This document shows positions 13,189-23,536 of a DNA stretch of 36,854 nucleotides, piece after piece. Origin of the DNA: Actinomycetota bacterium (GTDB lineage Bacteria > Actinomycetota > Humimicrobiia > Humimicrobiales > Humimicrobiaceae); assembly GCA_018400395.1 (NCBI GenBank), contig JAGYMN010000003.1, positions 1-36,854 on the forward strand, in the 5' to 3' direction. The notes beneath the pieces were generated by a model. It saw nothing but the letters and a program-made list of their open reading frames with translations, was not told the DNA's origin and made no database searches. How positions within the stretch are numbered: position 1 is the stretch's first letter; each line of letters opens with the position of its first letter. The position numbers were made by a program, and so were the translations under genes.

Positions 13189-13230
13189 GCCTGATTTGGG
13201 CTTATGACAGAAAGTTAAAGTGGAGTAACA

Positions 13231-13854
13231 ATGGTAGATGCTATATATGGAAAAAAAGTAGGATGTACACAGGTTTTCAGGGAAAATGGAGATGCTGTAT
13301 ATGTTACAGTGGTCGAAGCTGGACCCTGCGTTGTAGTTCAGGTAAAAGATAAAGACAAAGATGGATATAACAGCCTGCAGGTGGGGTTTGATTCTATTAG
13401 TGAAAGAAAGGTCAATAAACCGGCCGGTGGCGTATTTTCTAAAAATAATATTACCCCGAAGAGATATTTAAAGGAAATAAGAGTTGAAAGTTTTGACAGG
13501 GAATATAAACCCGGAGATAGCATAGACATATCTATTTTTAAGCCCGGTGACAAGCTTAAGATAACAGGCAGCAGCAGGGGCAGGGGATTCTCCGGTGTTA
13601 TAAAAAGGCATAACTTTCACAGGGGAAAGATGTCGCATGGGTCTCATTCACACAGGATACCGGGATCGGTAGGCATGTGTGCTACTCCCTCCAGGATATT
13701 TAAAGGAAAAAAAATGCCTGGAAGATTAGGGGGTAAAAAAGTTACCATTCCGGCTGCAGAGGTTGTAGATATAATAAAAGATGAGAATCTGGTCCTGGTA
13801 AAGGGCAGTGTCCCCGGCTCAAAGGGAAGTATGGTTTATCTGAGAAAGATTTAG
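13231..13854 (+). CDS. rplC: 50S ribosomal protein uL3
   Basis: GRGFSGVIKRHNF, SHGSHSHRIPGSVG, KGKKMPG. Confidence 0.98.
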   Translation: MVDAIYGKKVGCTQVFRENGDAVYVTVVEAGPCVVVQVKDKDKDGYNSLQVGFDSISERKVNKPAGGVFSKNNITPKRYLKEIRVESFDREYKPGDSIDISIFKPGDKLKITGSSRGRGFSGVIKRHNFHRGKMSHGSHSHRIPGSVGMCATPSRIFKGKKMPGRLGGKKVTIPAAEVVDIIKDENLVLVKGSVPGSKGSMVYLRKI

Positions 13855-13879
13855 AATATTTTGTTTTTTAGGAGATGAG

Positions 13880-14524
13880 ATGGCGAGCGTAAGTGTTGTT
13901 GACATAAAAGGAAATGAGAAAGAAAAAATAAAGCTGTCTGATAAACTGGTAAAAGTAAAACCTGTAGATGAAGTTATTTATCAGGATATAAAAAGATACC
14001 TTGCACAGATAAGATCAGGTACACACAGCACCAGGGGTAGAAGTGAGGTAAGAGGCGGCGGAAAGAAGCCCTGGAGGCAGAAAGGAACCGGTAATGCAAG
14101 GGCAGGAACGATAAGATCCCCGCTGTGGAGGGGCGGAGGGATAGTATTCGGACCAAAACCCAGGGATTATTCTTTTAAACTGAATAAAAAGGTTATCAGG
14201 AAATCTAAAGCAATTGCTTTTTCAGATAAATTTAAAGATAAGAAAATTATTGTGGTGGACGATTTCGGTCTTCAAAAGCCGGACACAAAAAAAGCTGCAG
14301 AAATACTGGAAAACCTTAAACTCTCTGGTTCGAGAGTTCTGGTGGTTACAGCTGACACTGGTGGCAATGATTCAAAATCGTTCAGGAATATTTATAATGT
14401 GATTGTAGAAAGTTCAAGAGGAGTTAATGCATATTATCTTATATTAGCGGATTATGTATTATTTACCAGGAAATCACTGGGTGAATTGATTGAGAGGTTG
14501 TCTGATGGCAATACAAAATCCTAG
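13880..14524 (+). CDS. rplD: 50S ribosomal protein uL4
   Basis: GGGKKPWRQKGTGNARAG, GGGIVFGPKPRDY. Confidence 0.98.
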   Translation: MASVSVVDIKGNEKEKIKLSDKLVKVKPVDEVIYQDIKRYLAQIRSGTHSTRGRSEVRGGGKKPWRQKGTGNARAGTIRSPLWRGGGIVFGPKPRDYSFKLNKKVIRKSKAIAFSDKFKDKKIIVVDDFGLQKPDTKKAAEILENLKLSGSRVLVVTADTGGNDSKSFRNIYNVIVESSRGVNAYYLILADYVLFTRKSLGELIERLSDGNTKS

Positions 14525-14798
14525 GGATATAATAATAGGCCCCGTAATATCAGAAAAGAGCTATTCTGGCGTGCATGAAAAGAGATACTCTTTTTTTGTT
14601 GACCTGAGAGCAACAAAGAGCCAGATTAAAAAAGCGGTAGAAGATATTTTTAATGTCAAAGTTTTAAATATCAGTACGAGCAATATAAAATCGAAACCCA
14701 AAAGGCTGGGCAGGTCTATCGGAAGAAGCTCAAGAAGGAAAAAAGCTGTCGTCACTCTCGGTAAAAAGGATAAAATAGATTTCTTTGAGTCGGTCTGA
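14505..14798 (+). CDS. rplW: 50S ribosomal protein uL23
   Basis: PVISEKS, ATKSQIKKAVEDIFNVKV, KKAVVTL; ATG 14505 after GAGAGG. Confidence 0.97.
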   Translation: MAIQNPRDIIIGPVISEKSYSGVHEKRYSFFVDLRATKSQIKKAVEDIFNVKVLNISTSNIKSKPKRLGRSIGRSSRRKKAVVTLGKKDKIDFFESV

Positions 14799-14816
14799 TA
14801 GTTTGGAGGAATAGAA

Positions 14817-15647
14817 TTGGCAATAAAAAAATATAAACCAACGACTCCTGGCAGGAGGTTTGCTTCTGGTGAAGATGTTTCGGGTCTTTCAAAAAAGAAA
14901 CCCGAAAAATCATTGACGGCGCCTCTTAACAAAAAAGGAGGACGGAACAATAAAGGCAGAATAACCACCAGGCACATCGGAGGTGGACATAAAAGGAAGT
15001 ACAGGATTGTAGACTTTAAGAGGAGAAAAGATAATATACCGGCAAAAGTTTCATATATAGAATATGATCCAAACAGGAGTTCAAGAATTGCGCTATTGAC
15101 CTATAAAGATGGGGAAAAGAAATATATAATAGCACCTTTAAAATTAAAAGTGGGGGACGAGGTCATGTCCGGGGAAAATGCAGATATAAGAGTTGGGAAC
15201 AGTGTCCCCATAAAAAATATTCCAGTAGGCACAATTATACATAATATAGAGCTGAAAGAAGGAAAAGGCGGAGAACTGGTAAGGTCTGCAGGCGGTTATG
15301 CCCAGCTTCTGGCAAAGGAAGGGGAATATGCAAATATAAAGCTGCCTTCAGGAGAGGTAAGACTGGTAAGGCTTAACTGCCGGGCTACAATAGGCCAGAT
15401 AGGAAATACAAGCCATGAGATAGTTAATCTTGGAAAAGCAGGCAGGAAAAGATGGCTGGGAGTAAGGCCTTCCGTAAGAGGTACAGCTATGAACCCTGTG
15501 GATCACCCTCATGGAGGCGGAGAAGGGAAGAATAAGAGTTCCGGGAGGGATCCGGTAACACCCTGGGGTAAGCCTACACTTGGGTACAGGACGAGAAAAA
15601 GTAAAAAAGATTCAAATAAATATATAGTAAAAAGAAGAAATAAATAG
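14817..15647 (+). CDS. rplB: 50S ribosomal protein uL2
   Basis: [26 protein letters not shown]; TTG start. Confidence 0.99.
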   Translation: MAIKKYKPTTPGRRFASGEDVSGLSKKKPEKSLTAPLNKKGGRNNKGRITTRHIGGGHKRKYRIVDFKRRKDNIPAKVSYIEYDPNRSSRIALLTYKDGEKKYIIAPLKLKVGDEVMSGENADIRVGNSVPIKNIPVGTIIHNIELKEGKGGELVRSAGGYAQLLAKEGEYANIKLPSGEVRLVRLNCRATIGQIGNTSHEIVNLGKAGRKRWLGVRPSVRGTAMNPVDHPHGGGEGKNKSSGRDPVTPWGKPTLGYRTRKSKKDSNKYIVKRRNK

Positions 15648-15668
15648 GGTTTTAAGAGGAGGAAACTT

Positions 15669-15965
15669 ATGTCAAGGTCTTTAAAAAAAGGGCCTTTTGT
15701 AGAGGATAAGCTTATAAAAAGGATAAATAAATTAAATGAGACCGGTGAAAAAAAGATTGTAAAAACGTGGTCCAGATGTTCAACGATTTTTCCTGAGATG
15801 GTAGGCCATACTATAGCAGTTCATGACGGCCGGAGGCATGTCCCTGTATTTATATCCGAATCAATGGTGGGACATAAGCTTGGAGAATTTGCTCCCACCA
15901 GGTCGATAAGGCCGCATACTTTCAAGGGAAGAAGTGAAAGCGTAGCAAAAGTAAAGGAAGAATAG
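15669..15965 (+). CDS. rpsS: 30S ribosomal protein uS19
   Basis: [29 protein letters not shown]. Confidence 0.99.
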   Translation: MSRSLKKGPFVEDKLIKRINKLNETGEKKIVKTWSRCSTIFPEMVGHTIAVHDGRRHVPVFISESMVGHKLGEFAPTRSIRPHTFKGRSESVAKVKEE

Positions 15966-16004
15966 TGAAAAAAGATAAAGAAGTTTTAGCAGGGAGGCAA
16001 CAGG

Positions 16005-16352
16005 TTGGAAGCCAGGGCAGTTGAAAAATTTATCAGGATATCGCCGCGCAAAATGAGATACATAGTTGATAGTATCAGGTCAAAGAGCGTTGAGGAGGCT
16101 GTGGAAATTCTTACGTTTACTCCCCAGAAGGCTGCTTCTATAGTAAAAAAAGCTATTGAAAGTGCAGCAGCAAATGCAATCGAAAATAATAATATGAACG
16201 AAGATGACCTGATAATTAAAAAGATTTTTGTTGATGAAGGTCCGACGCTAAAAAGATTTAGAGCCCGTGCAAGAGGAAGGGCTACCAGGATCAGGAAGAG
16301 GACCTCACATATTACTGTTATAGTTTCTGATGGTAAGGAAGGGGAGGCTTAG
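16005..16352 (+). CDS. rplV: 50S ribosomal protein uL22
   Basis: RISPRK, VDEGPTLKRFRARARGRA, SHITVIV; TTG start. Confidence 0.99.
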   Translation: MEARAVEKFIRISPRKMRYIVDSIRSKSVEEAVEILTFTPQKAASIVKKAIESAAANAIENNNMNEDDLIIKKIFVDEGPTLKRFRARARGRATRIRKRTSHITVIVSDGKEGEA

Positions 16353-16355
16353 ATA

Positions 16356-17300
16356 ATGGGTCAGAAAGTTAACCCGGTAGGACTAAGGATCGGTATAAAT
16401 AAAGGATGGCAGTCCAGGTGGTTCGCTACAAGGAATTATGCGAAGATTTTGAAGGAAGATATAATGATCCGCCAGATGATAGAGGACCAGCTTGGTAACG
16501 CCGGTATATCAAAAGTTGAGATGGAAAGGACCTCAGAAGAAGTAAAGGTAGATGTCTATACATCAAAACCCGGTATGGTAATAGGGCGGAGAGGCGCTAC
16601 CATAAATGACATCAGGCAGTCTATAGAGGAAAAAACTGGAAACATAATTCAGCTTAATATAATAGAAGTCAAAAAACCTGAACTTGTTGCCAGACTTGTA
16701 GCAGAAAGCATTGCAGGCCAGCTGCTTGGAAGAGTAAGTTTCAGGAGGGCGATGAAAAAAGCAATATCACTTTCCTTAAAAGCAGGTGCAAAGGGCATAA
16801 AAATAAAGTGTTCAGGCAGGCTTGGCGGAGCAGAAATGGCAAGGACTGAATGGTACAGGGAGGGAAGAGTTCCCCTGCATACTCTCAGGGCAAATATTGA
16901 TTATGGTTTTGCAGAGGCTAATACTACTTTTGGAAAGATAGGAGTAAAGGTCTGGATTTATCTTGGTGATGTTATTCTTGATAATACCGGGAATGAAAAA
17001 GGTTCAGAAAAATCACAGGAAAAATCAGGAAAACAGGTAAAAAAGACTGGAATCCCGTTTGGTAAAGGAAAAGTTAAAAGAGGTAAAAAGGGCAGGGATA
17101 TAAAAAAGACTGTTATAAGTACTGTTATAGGAAGCAATGGGACCGTTGAAACAGCCGGGGAAGAAGATAAAAAAGGGAAAGAAGAACCAGCTAAAGATAA
17201 GGAAGATGCCGGCAGTGTTGCGGAAGCCGGTAATGTAGAAGATACAGGCAGCGTCAGCGGAGAAGTAGAGACAGAAAAAGGGGAAAAAGATAAAAAATAG
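16356..17300 (+). CDS. rpsC: 30S ribosomal protein uS3 with long C-terminal tail
   Basis: [40 protein letters not shown]; ~105 extra charged residues after the core. Confidence 0.98.
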   Translation: MGQKVNPVGLRIGINKGWQSRWFATRNYAKILKEDIMIRQMIEDQLGNAGISKVEMERTSEEVKVDVYTSKPGMVIGRRGATINDIRQSIEEKTGNIIQLNIIEVKKPELVARLVAESIAGQLLGRVSFRRAMKKAISLSLKAGAKGIKIKCSGRLGGAEMARTEWYREGRVPLHTLRANIDYGFAEANTTFGKIGVKVWIYLGDVILDNTGNEKGSEKSQEKSGKQVKKTGIPFGKGKVKRGKKGRDIKKTVISTVIGSNGTVETAGEEDKKGKEEPAKDKEDAGSVAEAGNVEDTGSVSGEVETEKGEKDKK

Positions 17301-17333
17301 GATAGTCAATAATCTGCGGAATAGGAGATATAA

Positions 17334-17750
17334 ATGTCACCGATGTTAATGCCAAAAAGGGTAAAGTATAGAAAAGTGCATAGAGGTAGATTGAAGGGGA
17401 CCTCTAAAGGTGGTACAAGGCTGTCCTTTGGAGAGTATGGGCTGCAGGCCCTGGAACCCGGATGGCTTACGGGGAAACAGATAGAAGCTGCAAGGGTTGC
17501 CCTTACCCGTTACATAAAAAGAGGAGGAAAGGTATGGATAAATGTCTTTCCACATAAACCCGTTACAAAAAAACCTGCAGAGACACGCATGGGAGGCGGT
17601 AAAGGTGTACCGGAAAGCTGGGTAGCAGTGGTAAAACCGGGTAAAATAATGTTTGAACTTTCAGGAGTGAACCCTGAAGTAGCTAAAGAAGCTATAAGGC
17701 TGGCTTCAAATAAATTGTCTATTAAAACCAGGATTATCAGCGGTGAATAA
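17334..17750 (+). CDS. rplP: 50S ribosomal protein uL16
   Basis: [22 protein letters not shown]. Confidence 0.99.
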   Translation: MSPMLMPKRVKYRKVHRGRLKGTSKGGTRLSFGEYGLQALEPGWLTGKQIEAARVALTRYIKRGGKVWINVFPHKPVTKKPAETRMGGGKGVPESWVAVVKPGKIMFELSGVNPEVAKEAIRLASNKLSIKTRIISGE

Positions 17751-17770
17751 TAAAACTGATTGGAATTAAT

Positions 17771-18136
17771 ATGAGAGCAAGTGATATTAGAGAGCAAACA
17801 CAGCAGGAGCTGGAAGAGAAACTTGATGATGTTAAGAAAAACCTTTTTAATTTGAAGTTTCAGAAAGCTATAGGCCAGCTGGAAAATACCCAGGCTATAA
17901 GGAGTCTCAAGAAAGATATAGCAAGAATTGAGACGGTACTGAGGGGAAAAAGTTCTGATACAGGAAACAGTGCTGGTTCTGATACAGGAAACCGTGCTGG
18001 TAGTAAAAAGGTGATTAAAAAGGATACCGGAAAACCGGAAGTTAAAAAGAAAAAGAGTATAAGAAAAGAAACTGCAAAAATGGAGAAAGCATCAGAAAAG
18101 GGCGACAGTAACAGGACTGGCACCCGGGATGCCTAA
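17771..18136 (+). CDS. rpmC: 50S ribosomal protein uL29 with C-terminal extension
   Basis: [18 protein letters not shown]...[10 protein letters not shown] core, located between rplP and rpsQ. Confidence 0.95.
   Translation: MRASDIREQTQQELEEKLDDVKKNLFNLKFQKAIGQLENTQAIRSLKKDIARIETVLRGKSSDTGNSAGSDTGNRAGSKKVIKKDTGKPEVKKKKSIRKETAKMEKASEKGDSNRTGTRDA
17952..17999 (+). repeat. 24-bp in-frame tandem duplication in the rpmC tail
   Basis: GTTCTGATACAGGAAACAGTGCTG / GTTCTGATACAGGAAACCGTGCTG (1 mismatch), encoding [16 protein letters not shown]. Confidence 0.9.
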
Positions 18137-18146
18137 GGAGGATTTT

Positions 18147-18401
18147 TTGGAAAGGTCAAAAAGAAAAACAAGAGTAGGAAAGGTTGTAAGTGACAGGATG
18201 GATAAGACCATAGTTGTTGCTGTAGAGTCTCATTACAAGCATCCTCTTTATAATAAAATAATGAAAAAAATAAAGAAGTACAAGGCGCATGATCCGGAAG
18301 GCAGCAGCAAATCAGGTGACATAGTCAGGATATCCGAGACCAGGCCTTTGAGCAAGACAAAAAGATGGAGACTTGTAGAAGTTATAAGGAAAGCTGAGTA
18401 G
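18147..18401 (+). CDS. rpsQ: 30S ribosomal protein uS17
   Basis: [25 protein letters not shown]; TTG 18147 lies 5 nt after a strong SD TAAGGAGG (ORF-track alternative ATG 18129). Confidence 0.98.
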   Translation: MERSKRKTRVGKVVSDRMDKTIVVAVESHYKHPLYNKIMKKIKKYKAHDPEGSSKSGDIVRISETRPLSKTKRWRLVEVIRKAE

Positions 18402-18415
18402 AGAAGGAAAAGAAG

Positions 18416-18784
18416 ATGATTCAGGCGGAAAGCAGGGTAAAGATAGCAGATAATACAGGCGCGAAAGAAATAAAGTGCATTAAGGTTCTGGGTGGTTCGA
18501 AAAGAAGATATGCACGGGTAGGAGATATTTTTATTGCAACCGTTAAAGTTGTAAATCCGGGAGGGGTTGTGAAAAAAAGTGATGTGGTAAGGGCTGTACT
18601 TGTAAGGTCAAAAAAGCAGTATAGAAGATCTGATGGTTCTTATATAAGGTTTGATGAAAATGCAGCTGTTATTATAGATAATTCAAATAATCCGAGAGGG
18701 ACAAGAATATTCGGTCCGGTTGCAAGAGAGCTCAGGGAAAAGAATTTTATGAAAATAATTTCTCTGTCACCGGAAGTAATATAA
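18416..18784 (+). CDS. rplN: 50S ribosomal protein uL14
   Basis: [28 protein letters not shown]. Confidence 0.99.
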   Translation: MIQAESRVKIADNTGAKEIKCIKVLGGSKRRYARVGDIFIATVKVVNPGGVVKKSDVVRAVLVRSKKQYRRSDGSYIRFDENAAVIIDNSNNPRGTRIFGPVARELREKNFMKIISLSPEVI

Positions 18785-18799
18785 TCAGGAGATAATGAT

Positions 18800-19111
18800 A
18801 TGCTTAAAATAAGAAAGAATGATAGAGTAAAGATAGTAAAGGGGAAAGACAGAGGTAAAACGGGAAAGGTCCTGAGGATAAACAGTAAAGAAGATAAAGT
18901 ATATATTGAAGGCGCAAATATAATAAGCAAACATACAAGACAGCAGGATCAGAACAAGCCCGGTGGAATCATAAAGAAAGAAGGACCGATAAATATTTCT
19001 AATATCAGATTAATATGCCCTAATTGCGGCAAGGCCGCAAGGGTTGGATTTGTAGTTGGTGAATCAGGAGAGAAGGCCAGAGTTTGTAAAAAATGCAATC
19101 AGCAGATTTAG
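18800..19111 (+). CDS. rplX: 50S ribosomal protein uL24
   Basis: KOW motif GKDRGKTGKV, GGIIKKEGPI, CPNC...CKKC. Confidence 0.98.
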   Translation: MLKIRKNDRVKIVKGKDRGKTGKVLRINSKEDKVYIEGANIISKHTRQQDQNKPGGIIKKEGPINISNIRLICPNCGKAARVGFVVGESGEKARVCKKCNQQI

Positions 19112-19132
19112 ATAATCGCTTGAGAGGTACAG

Positions 19133-19690
19133 ATGATACCCAGACTTAAAGAAAAGTATAAAAAGGAAATAGCACCCGGACTTTTAAAGAAGGGAAAATA
19201 TAAAAATATTATGCAGATACCGGTGCTGGAAAAAATCTGTGTAAATATGGGTGTGGGTGCAGCAACCCAGAATATAAAGGAGCTGGATTCTGCAGCTAAC
19301 GACATTGCTATAATAACAGGACAGAGGCCCGTTATTACGAAAGCAAAAAAATCAATAGCAGGATTTAAAGTAAGAAAGGGAAATCCAATAGGATGTATGG
19401 TTACGCTCCGGGGGAATATGATGTACGAATTCCTGGACAGACTCCTCAATATAGCTATTCCCAGAGTAAGGGACTTCAGGGGGCTTTCCAGAAAAAGTTT
19501 TGATGGTTCAGGCAATTATACTATAGGTATAAAGGAACAATTGATTTTCCCTGAAGTGGAATATGATAAAGTTCTTTCAACGAGAGGAATGAATGTAACA
19601 GTGACCACATCGGCGGAAAATGATGAGGATGCGCTTGAGCTACTGTCAGGATTTGGATTTCCATTTAGAAATAGTAATGAAAGCCGGTAG
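19133..19690 (+). CDS. rplE: 50S ribosomal protein uL5
   Basis: [34 protein letters not shown]. Confidence 0.99.
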   Translation: MIPRLKEKYKKEIAPGLLKKGKYKNIMQIPVLEKICVNMGVGAATQNIKELDSAANDIAIITGQRPVITKAKKSIAGFKVRKGNPIGCMVTLRGNMMYEFLDRLLNIAIPRVRDFRGLSRKSFDGSGNYTIGIKEQLIFPEVEYDKVLSTRGMNVTVTTSAENDEDALELLSGFGFPFRNSNESR

Positions 19691-19699
19691 GAGGATTCC

Positions 19700-19885
19700 G
19701 TGGCTAAAAAATCGATGATAGCAAAGCAAAAAAGAGAACCAAAATATAAGACAAGAAAATACAATAGATGTATTAGATGCGGAAGACCGAGAGGTTATTT
19801 TAGAAAATTCGGGCTTTGCCGTATATGTTTAAGAGAATTGGCCCATGATGGTAAAATACCTGGACTAACTAAGTCCAGCTGGTAA
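19700..19885 (+). CDS. rpsN: 30S ribosomal protein uS14, short Zn-binding (type Z) form
   Basis: 61 aa, [22 protein letters not shown]; GTG start. Confidence 0.98.
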   Translation: MAKKSMIAKQKREPKYKTRKYNRCIRCGRPRGYFRKFGLCRICLRELAHDGKIPGLTKSSW

Positions 19886-19899
19886 AAAAGGAGATTTTT

Positions 19900-20304
19900 A
19901 TGTCTTATATGTCTGATCCTATTGCCGATATGCTGGCAAGAATAAAAAATGGATGTGTGGCAAAACTGAATAATGTTAAAATACCTTATTCCAGGATGAA
20001 GGGAGAAATTTCAAGAATACTGGAGGAAGAAGGTTATATAAGAAGCCATGAAGTGATAAAAGACGAAGGCGTACAGGGTACAATAAAAATATATTTAAAA
20101 TTCAAAAGTGACAATAAGTGTGTTATAAGTGGATTAAAAAAAATAAGTAAGCCCGGTCTTAGAGTATATGCCGGAAAGGATAAAATACCCACGGTAATGG
20201 GAGGTCTTGGTATAGTAATAATCTCTACTTCAAAAGGTGTTCTTACCGGCAGTGGAGCCAGTGAAGCTGGAGTAGGCGGAGAGGTAATCTGTTCGGTCTG
20301 GTGA
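19900..20304 (+). CDS. rpsH: 30S ribosomal protein uS8
   Basis: DPIADMLARIKN, ISKPGLRVY, GGEVICSVW. Confidence 0.99.
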   Translation: MSYMSDPIADMLARIKNGCVAKLNNVKIPYSRMKGEISRILEEEGYIRSHEVIKDEGVQGTIKIYLKFKSDNKCVISGLKKISKPGLRVYAGKDKIPTVMGGLGIVIISTSKGVLTGSGASEAGVGGEVICSVW

Positions 20305-20321
20305 TATGAGAGGAGAATGAT

Positions 20322-20873
20322 TTGTCAAGAATAGGGAAAAAACCGGTAGTCATCCCGGAAAATGTTGAAATAAAAATTGAAAAAGGCAGTTTCCGGGCAA
20401 AGGGGAAGCTGGGAGAACTTCACATGGATTTTGACAGTGAAGCAATCGGCATTACGGAAGAAAAGGGGAGATTGCTTGTCAGGCCCTTTTCGGGCAGCAA
20501 AGAAACAAGATCCAAATATGGTCTTTACAGAAGTCTCATACAGAACATGGTGACCGGGGTATCAAGTGGTTTCTCGAAGTCACTGAAATTTGTAGGAGTA
20601 GGATACAGGGTAAATCTAAAAGGGAGTGACCTTGAGATCCTTGTAGGATACTCTAATCCGGTTATTTTTAAAAAACCTGAAGGAATAACTTTTGAGGTAC
20701 CCGATAATACTACCATAAAGGTAAAAGGTATAGATAGGCAGCTGGTGGGAGAAGTAGCTTCCAGGATAAGAAGAATAAGGCCGCCTGAACCGTACAAGGG
20801 GAAAGGCATTAGATATGTTGATGAAACTGTAAGAAGAAAGGTCGGTAAAGCTGCAGTTTCTACGAAAGCTTAG
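20322..20873 (+). CDS. rplF: 50S ribosomal protein uL6
   Basis: MSRIGKKP, GVGYR, RPPEPYKGKGIRY; TTG start. Confidence 0.99.
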   Translation: MSRIGKKPVVIPENVEIKIEKGSFRAKGKLGELHMDFDSEAIGITEEKGRLLVRPFSGSKETRSKYGLYRSLIQNMVTGVSSGFSKSLKFVGVGYRVNLKGSDLEILVGYSNPVIFKKPEGITFEVPDNTTIKVKGIDRQLVGEVASRIRRIRPPEPYKGKGIRYVDETVRRKVGKAAVSTKA

Positions 20874-20891
20874 AATGACACAGGAGAATAG

Positions 20892-21254
20892 ATGGAGAAA
20901 AAGAACAAAAGGAAAGATAAAGGCTTTAAAAGGAAAATAAGGTCAAGACTGAAGGTAAGGAAAAATTTTTCCCGGCCCAGGCTATGCGTTTACAGAAGCC
21001 TTAAATATATATATGGGCATATTATAGATAATTCCACAGGGAAATCGTTAATGGGTATATCAAGCAAAGATATAAAACCAGAAAAACAGATTAATGGGAA
21101 GATAGATATTAGTTTCAGGGCGGGAGAGGCTCTGGCAAAAAAAGCCCTCCAAAAGAATATCGGTGAGGTGGTATTTGACAGAAGTGGATATAAATATCAT
21201 GGAAGGGTGAAAGCTTTCGCTGAAGGAGCCCGTAAAGGCGGGTTAAAATTTTAG
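20892..21254 (+). CDS. rplR: 50S ribosomal protein uL18
   Basis: [30 protein letters not shown]. Confidence 0.98.
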   Translation: MEKKNKRKDKGFKRKIRSRLKVRKNFSRPRLCVYRSLKYIYGHIIDNSTGKSLMGISSKDIKPEKQINGKIDISFRAGEALAKKALQKNIGEVVFDRSGYKYHGRVKAFAEGARKGGLKF

Positions 21255-21276
21255 ATTATTTAAAGGAGGCGTTCTG

Positions 21277-21765
21277 TTGGTAGATCTACCAGGAAATACG
21301 GATAATGCGGAATTAACCGAAAAAGTAATAAAAATTAACAGAGTAGCAAAAGTGGTAAAAGGTGGGAGAAGGTTCAGCTTCAGCGCACTTGTTGCAGTTG
21401 GTGACATGAAGGGAAAGGTCGGGGTTGGCTTCGGGAAAGCCAATGAAGTTGCAACTGCTATACAGAAGGGTATAAACGATGCAAAAAAGAATCTTTTCAG
21501 GGTGTCTCTTGTGGATGGAACAATACCATATGAGATAAATGCAGTTTCGGGTGCAGGGAAGGTTTTTATGAAACCTGCTTCAAGTGGTAAGGGGGTTATA
21601 GCAGGAGGACCCGTAAGGGTTATACTGGAACTGGCCGGAGTAAAAAATATCCTCACAAAATCTCTTGGTAGTTCAAATGCCATCAATATTGTAAATGCTA
21701 CTATCAATGGTCTGAGATCTTTGAGGGATCCAGGTGAGATATTGAAAATGCGCGGGAAGGCTTAA
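21277..21765 (+). CDS. rpsE: 30S ribosomal protein uS5
   Basis: [32 protein letters not shown]; TTG start. Confidence 0.99.
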   Translation: MVDLPGNTDNAELTEKVIKINRVAKVVKGGRRFSFSALVAVGDMKGKVGVGFGKANEVATAIQKGINDAKKNLFRVSLVDGTIPYEINAVSGAGKVFMKPASSGKGVIAGGPVRVILELAGVKNILTKSLGSSNAINIVNATINGLRSLRDPGEILKMRGKA

Positions 21766-21830
21766 TATGGACATATCAATAAAATTGGCGGTCTTTCTAA
21801 CGGAAAATTATGCATATTATGGGGGTAATA

Positions 21831-22271
21831 GTGAAACTTGATGAAATGAAATCTCCTCAGTCCAATAAAAGACGAAAAAGAATCGGAAGGGGGGACGGAT
21901 CCGGGCACGGTACAACAAGCGGAAGAGGTACCAAGGGCCAGCTCGCCAGATCCGGTGGTAAGACAAGGATTGGTTTTGAAGGAGGGCAAATGCCCCTCCA
22001 GAGGAGGATTCCTCATCTCAGGGGATTTAAGAACAGCAGGAAAAAGTTGTTCAATATTATAAATACAGGTTCTCTTGAAGTATTTAAAGACGGCAGTACG
22101 GTGGATTTTAAAGAATTTTTGAAAAAAGGGTTGATAATGGAAAAAAATTTCCCCGTAAAAATACTGGGAAATGGAGACCTGACCAAAAAGCTTACTGTTA
22201 AGGCAAACAGGTTCAGTAACAGCGCTGTTAAAAAAATAGAAAATGCCGGGGGGAAAGCAGAGGTAGTCTGA
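21831..22271 (+). CDS. rplO: 50S ribosomal protein uL15
   Basis: RIGRGDGSGHG, GFEGGQMPLQRRIP; GTG 21831 after GGGGGT gives the usual MKL.. N-terminus. Confidence 0.98.
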   Translation: MKLDEMKSPQSNKRRKRIGRGDGSGHGTTSGRGTKGQLARSGGKTRIGFEGGQMPLQRRIPHLRGFKNSRKKLFNIINTGSLEVFKDGSTVDFKEFLKKGLIMEKNFPVKILGNGDLTKKLTVKANRFSNSAVKKIENAGGKAEVV

Positions 22272-23536
22272 TGCTCAGAGCGTTGATAACGGCTTTCAGA
22301 ATCAGAGAGATAAGAAATAAGATACTGTTCACTATAGGGATACTGGCGATATACAGATTTGGTGCCAATCTGACCATTCCAGGGGTTGATGCCGCAGCGA
22401 TACTTGCACAGGTGGAAACCGGCATACTCGGCATGATGGATCTTTTTGCCGGGGGGGCCCTTGGAAATTTTGCAGTGTTTTCGCTGGGCATAATGCCTTA
22501 TATTACTGCTACTATCATCATGCAGCTTCTTCAGGTAGTAATACCCAGACTGGAACAGCTTTCAAAAGAGGGTGAAGTAGGCAGAAGGAAAATAAACCAG
22601 ATATCAAGATATCTGACTGTTGGTCTTGCACTTATACAATCAGTAACAATGACCTTTTTCTTCAGGAATTATGGTGCCATACCTGTTTTCGATATTGCCC
22701 ATGTATCATTAATAGTGGTTACTCTTACTGCCGGAACAACACTAATAATGTGGCTGGGAGAGTTAATTAACATTCACGGTATTGGAAATGGTATATCCCT
22801 TATAATCTTTGCAAACATAGTATCAAGGATGCCGGGCCAGTTCATAAGCCTTTTCAGGTTAAGGGGTACAAATTATTTTTTCCTGGCCCTGTTCCTAATC
22901 TTTTCCATAGGTATTGTGATGGCGATAATAATGATACAGCAGGGGGAAAGGAAGATACCTGTCCAGTATGCAAAAAGAGTGGTGGGCCGCAAGGTTTTTG
23001 GCGGACAGAGCACTTATCTACCGCTCCGGGTTAATCAGTCAGGGGTGATGCCCATTATCCTGGCTATTGCAGTAATTCTTTTTCCTGCAACCATAGCACA
23101 GTTTATACCAAACAGGTGGCTGCAGTCTTTTGCAGATGCTCTAAGTTCGACAACACAGGGAGGCAATATTAATCCAATATATGCTGCAACTTATACAATA
23201 CTTATTATAATTTTTGCATATTTCTACACCGCCATTACCTTTAACCCCATAGACACGGCTGATAATCTGAGGAGATACGGGGGGTTTATACCGGGTATTA
23301 GGCCTGGAAAAAATACAGCAGATTATCTTACTAATGTACTCAACAGGATAACCCTTCCGGGAGCTGTTTTTCTTGCCATAGTAGCGCTGTTGCCGGAGGT
23401 ACTTATTAATTATCTGCAGATACCTTTTAGATTTGGCGGTACATCAATATTAATAGCAGTCGGAGTTGCACTTGATACCATGCGCCAGCTCGAATCACAA
23501 TTGACAATGAGAGACTACGAAGGATTTTTAAAATGA
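22271..23536 (+). CDS. secY: Preprotein translocase subunit SecY
   Basis: LGIMPYITA, GIGNGISLIIF, FIPGIRPG, FGGTSILIAVGV; multiple TM segments. Confidence 0.99.
   Translation: MLRALITAFRIREIRNKILFTIGILAIYRFGANLTIPGVDAAAILAQVETGILGMMDLFAGGALGNFAVFSLGIMPYITATIIMQLLQVVIPRLEQLSKEGEVGRRKINQISRYLTVGLALIQSVTMTFFFRNYGAIPVFDIAHVSLIVVTLTAGTTLIMWLGELINIHGIGNGISLIIFANIVSRMPGQFISLFRLRGTNYFFLALFLIFSIGIVMAIIMIQQGERKIPVQYAKRVVGRKVFGGQSTYLPLRVNQSGVMPIILAIAVILFPATIAQFIPNRWLQSFADALSSTTQGGNINPIYAATYTILIIIFAYFYTAITFNPIDTADNLRRYGGFIPGIRPGKNTADYLTNVLNRITLPGAVFLAIVALLPEVLINYLQIPFRFGGTSILIAVGVALDTMRQLESQLTMRDYEGFLK

Noticed and set aside
14214-14402. 62-aa plus-strand ORF nested in rplD
   Set aside because: Alternate-frame ORF without SD or recognisable features
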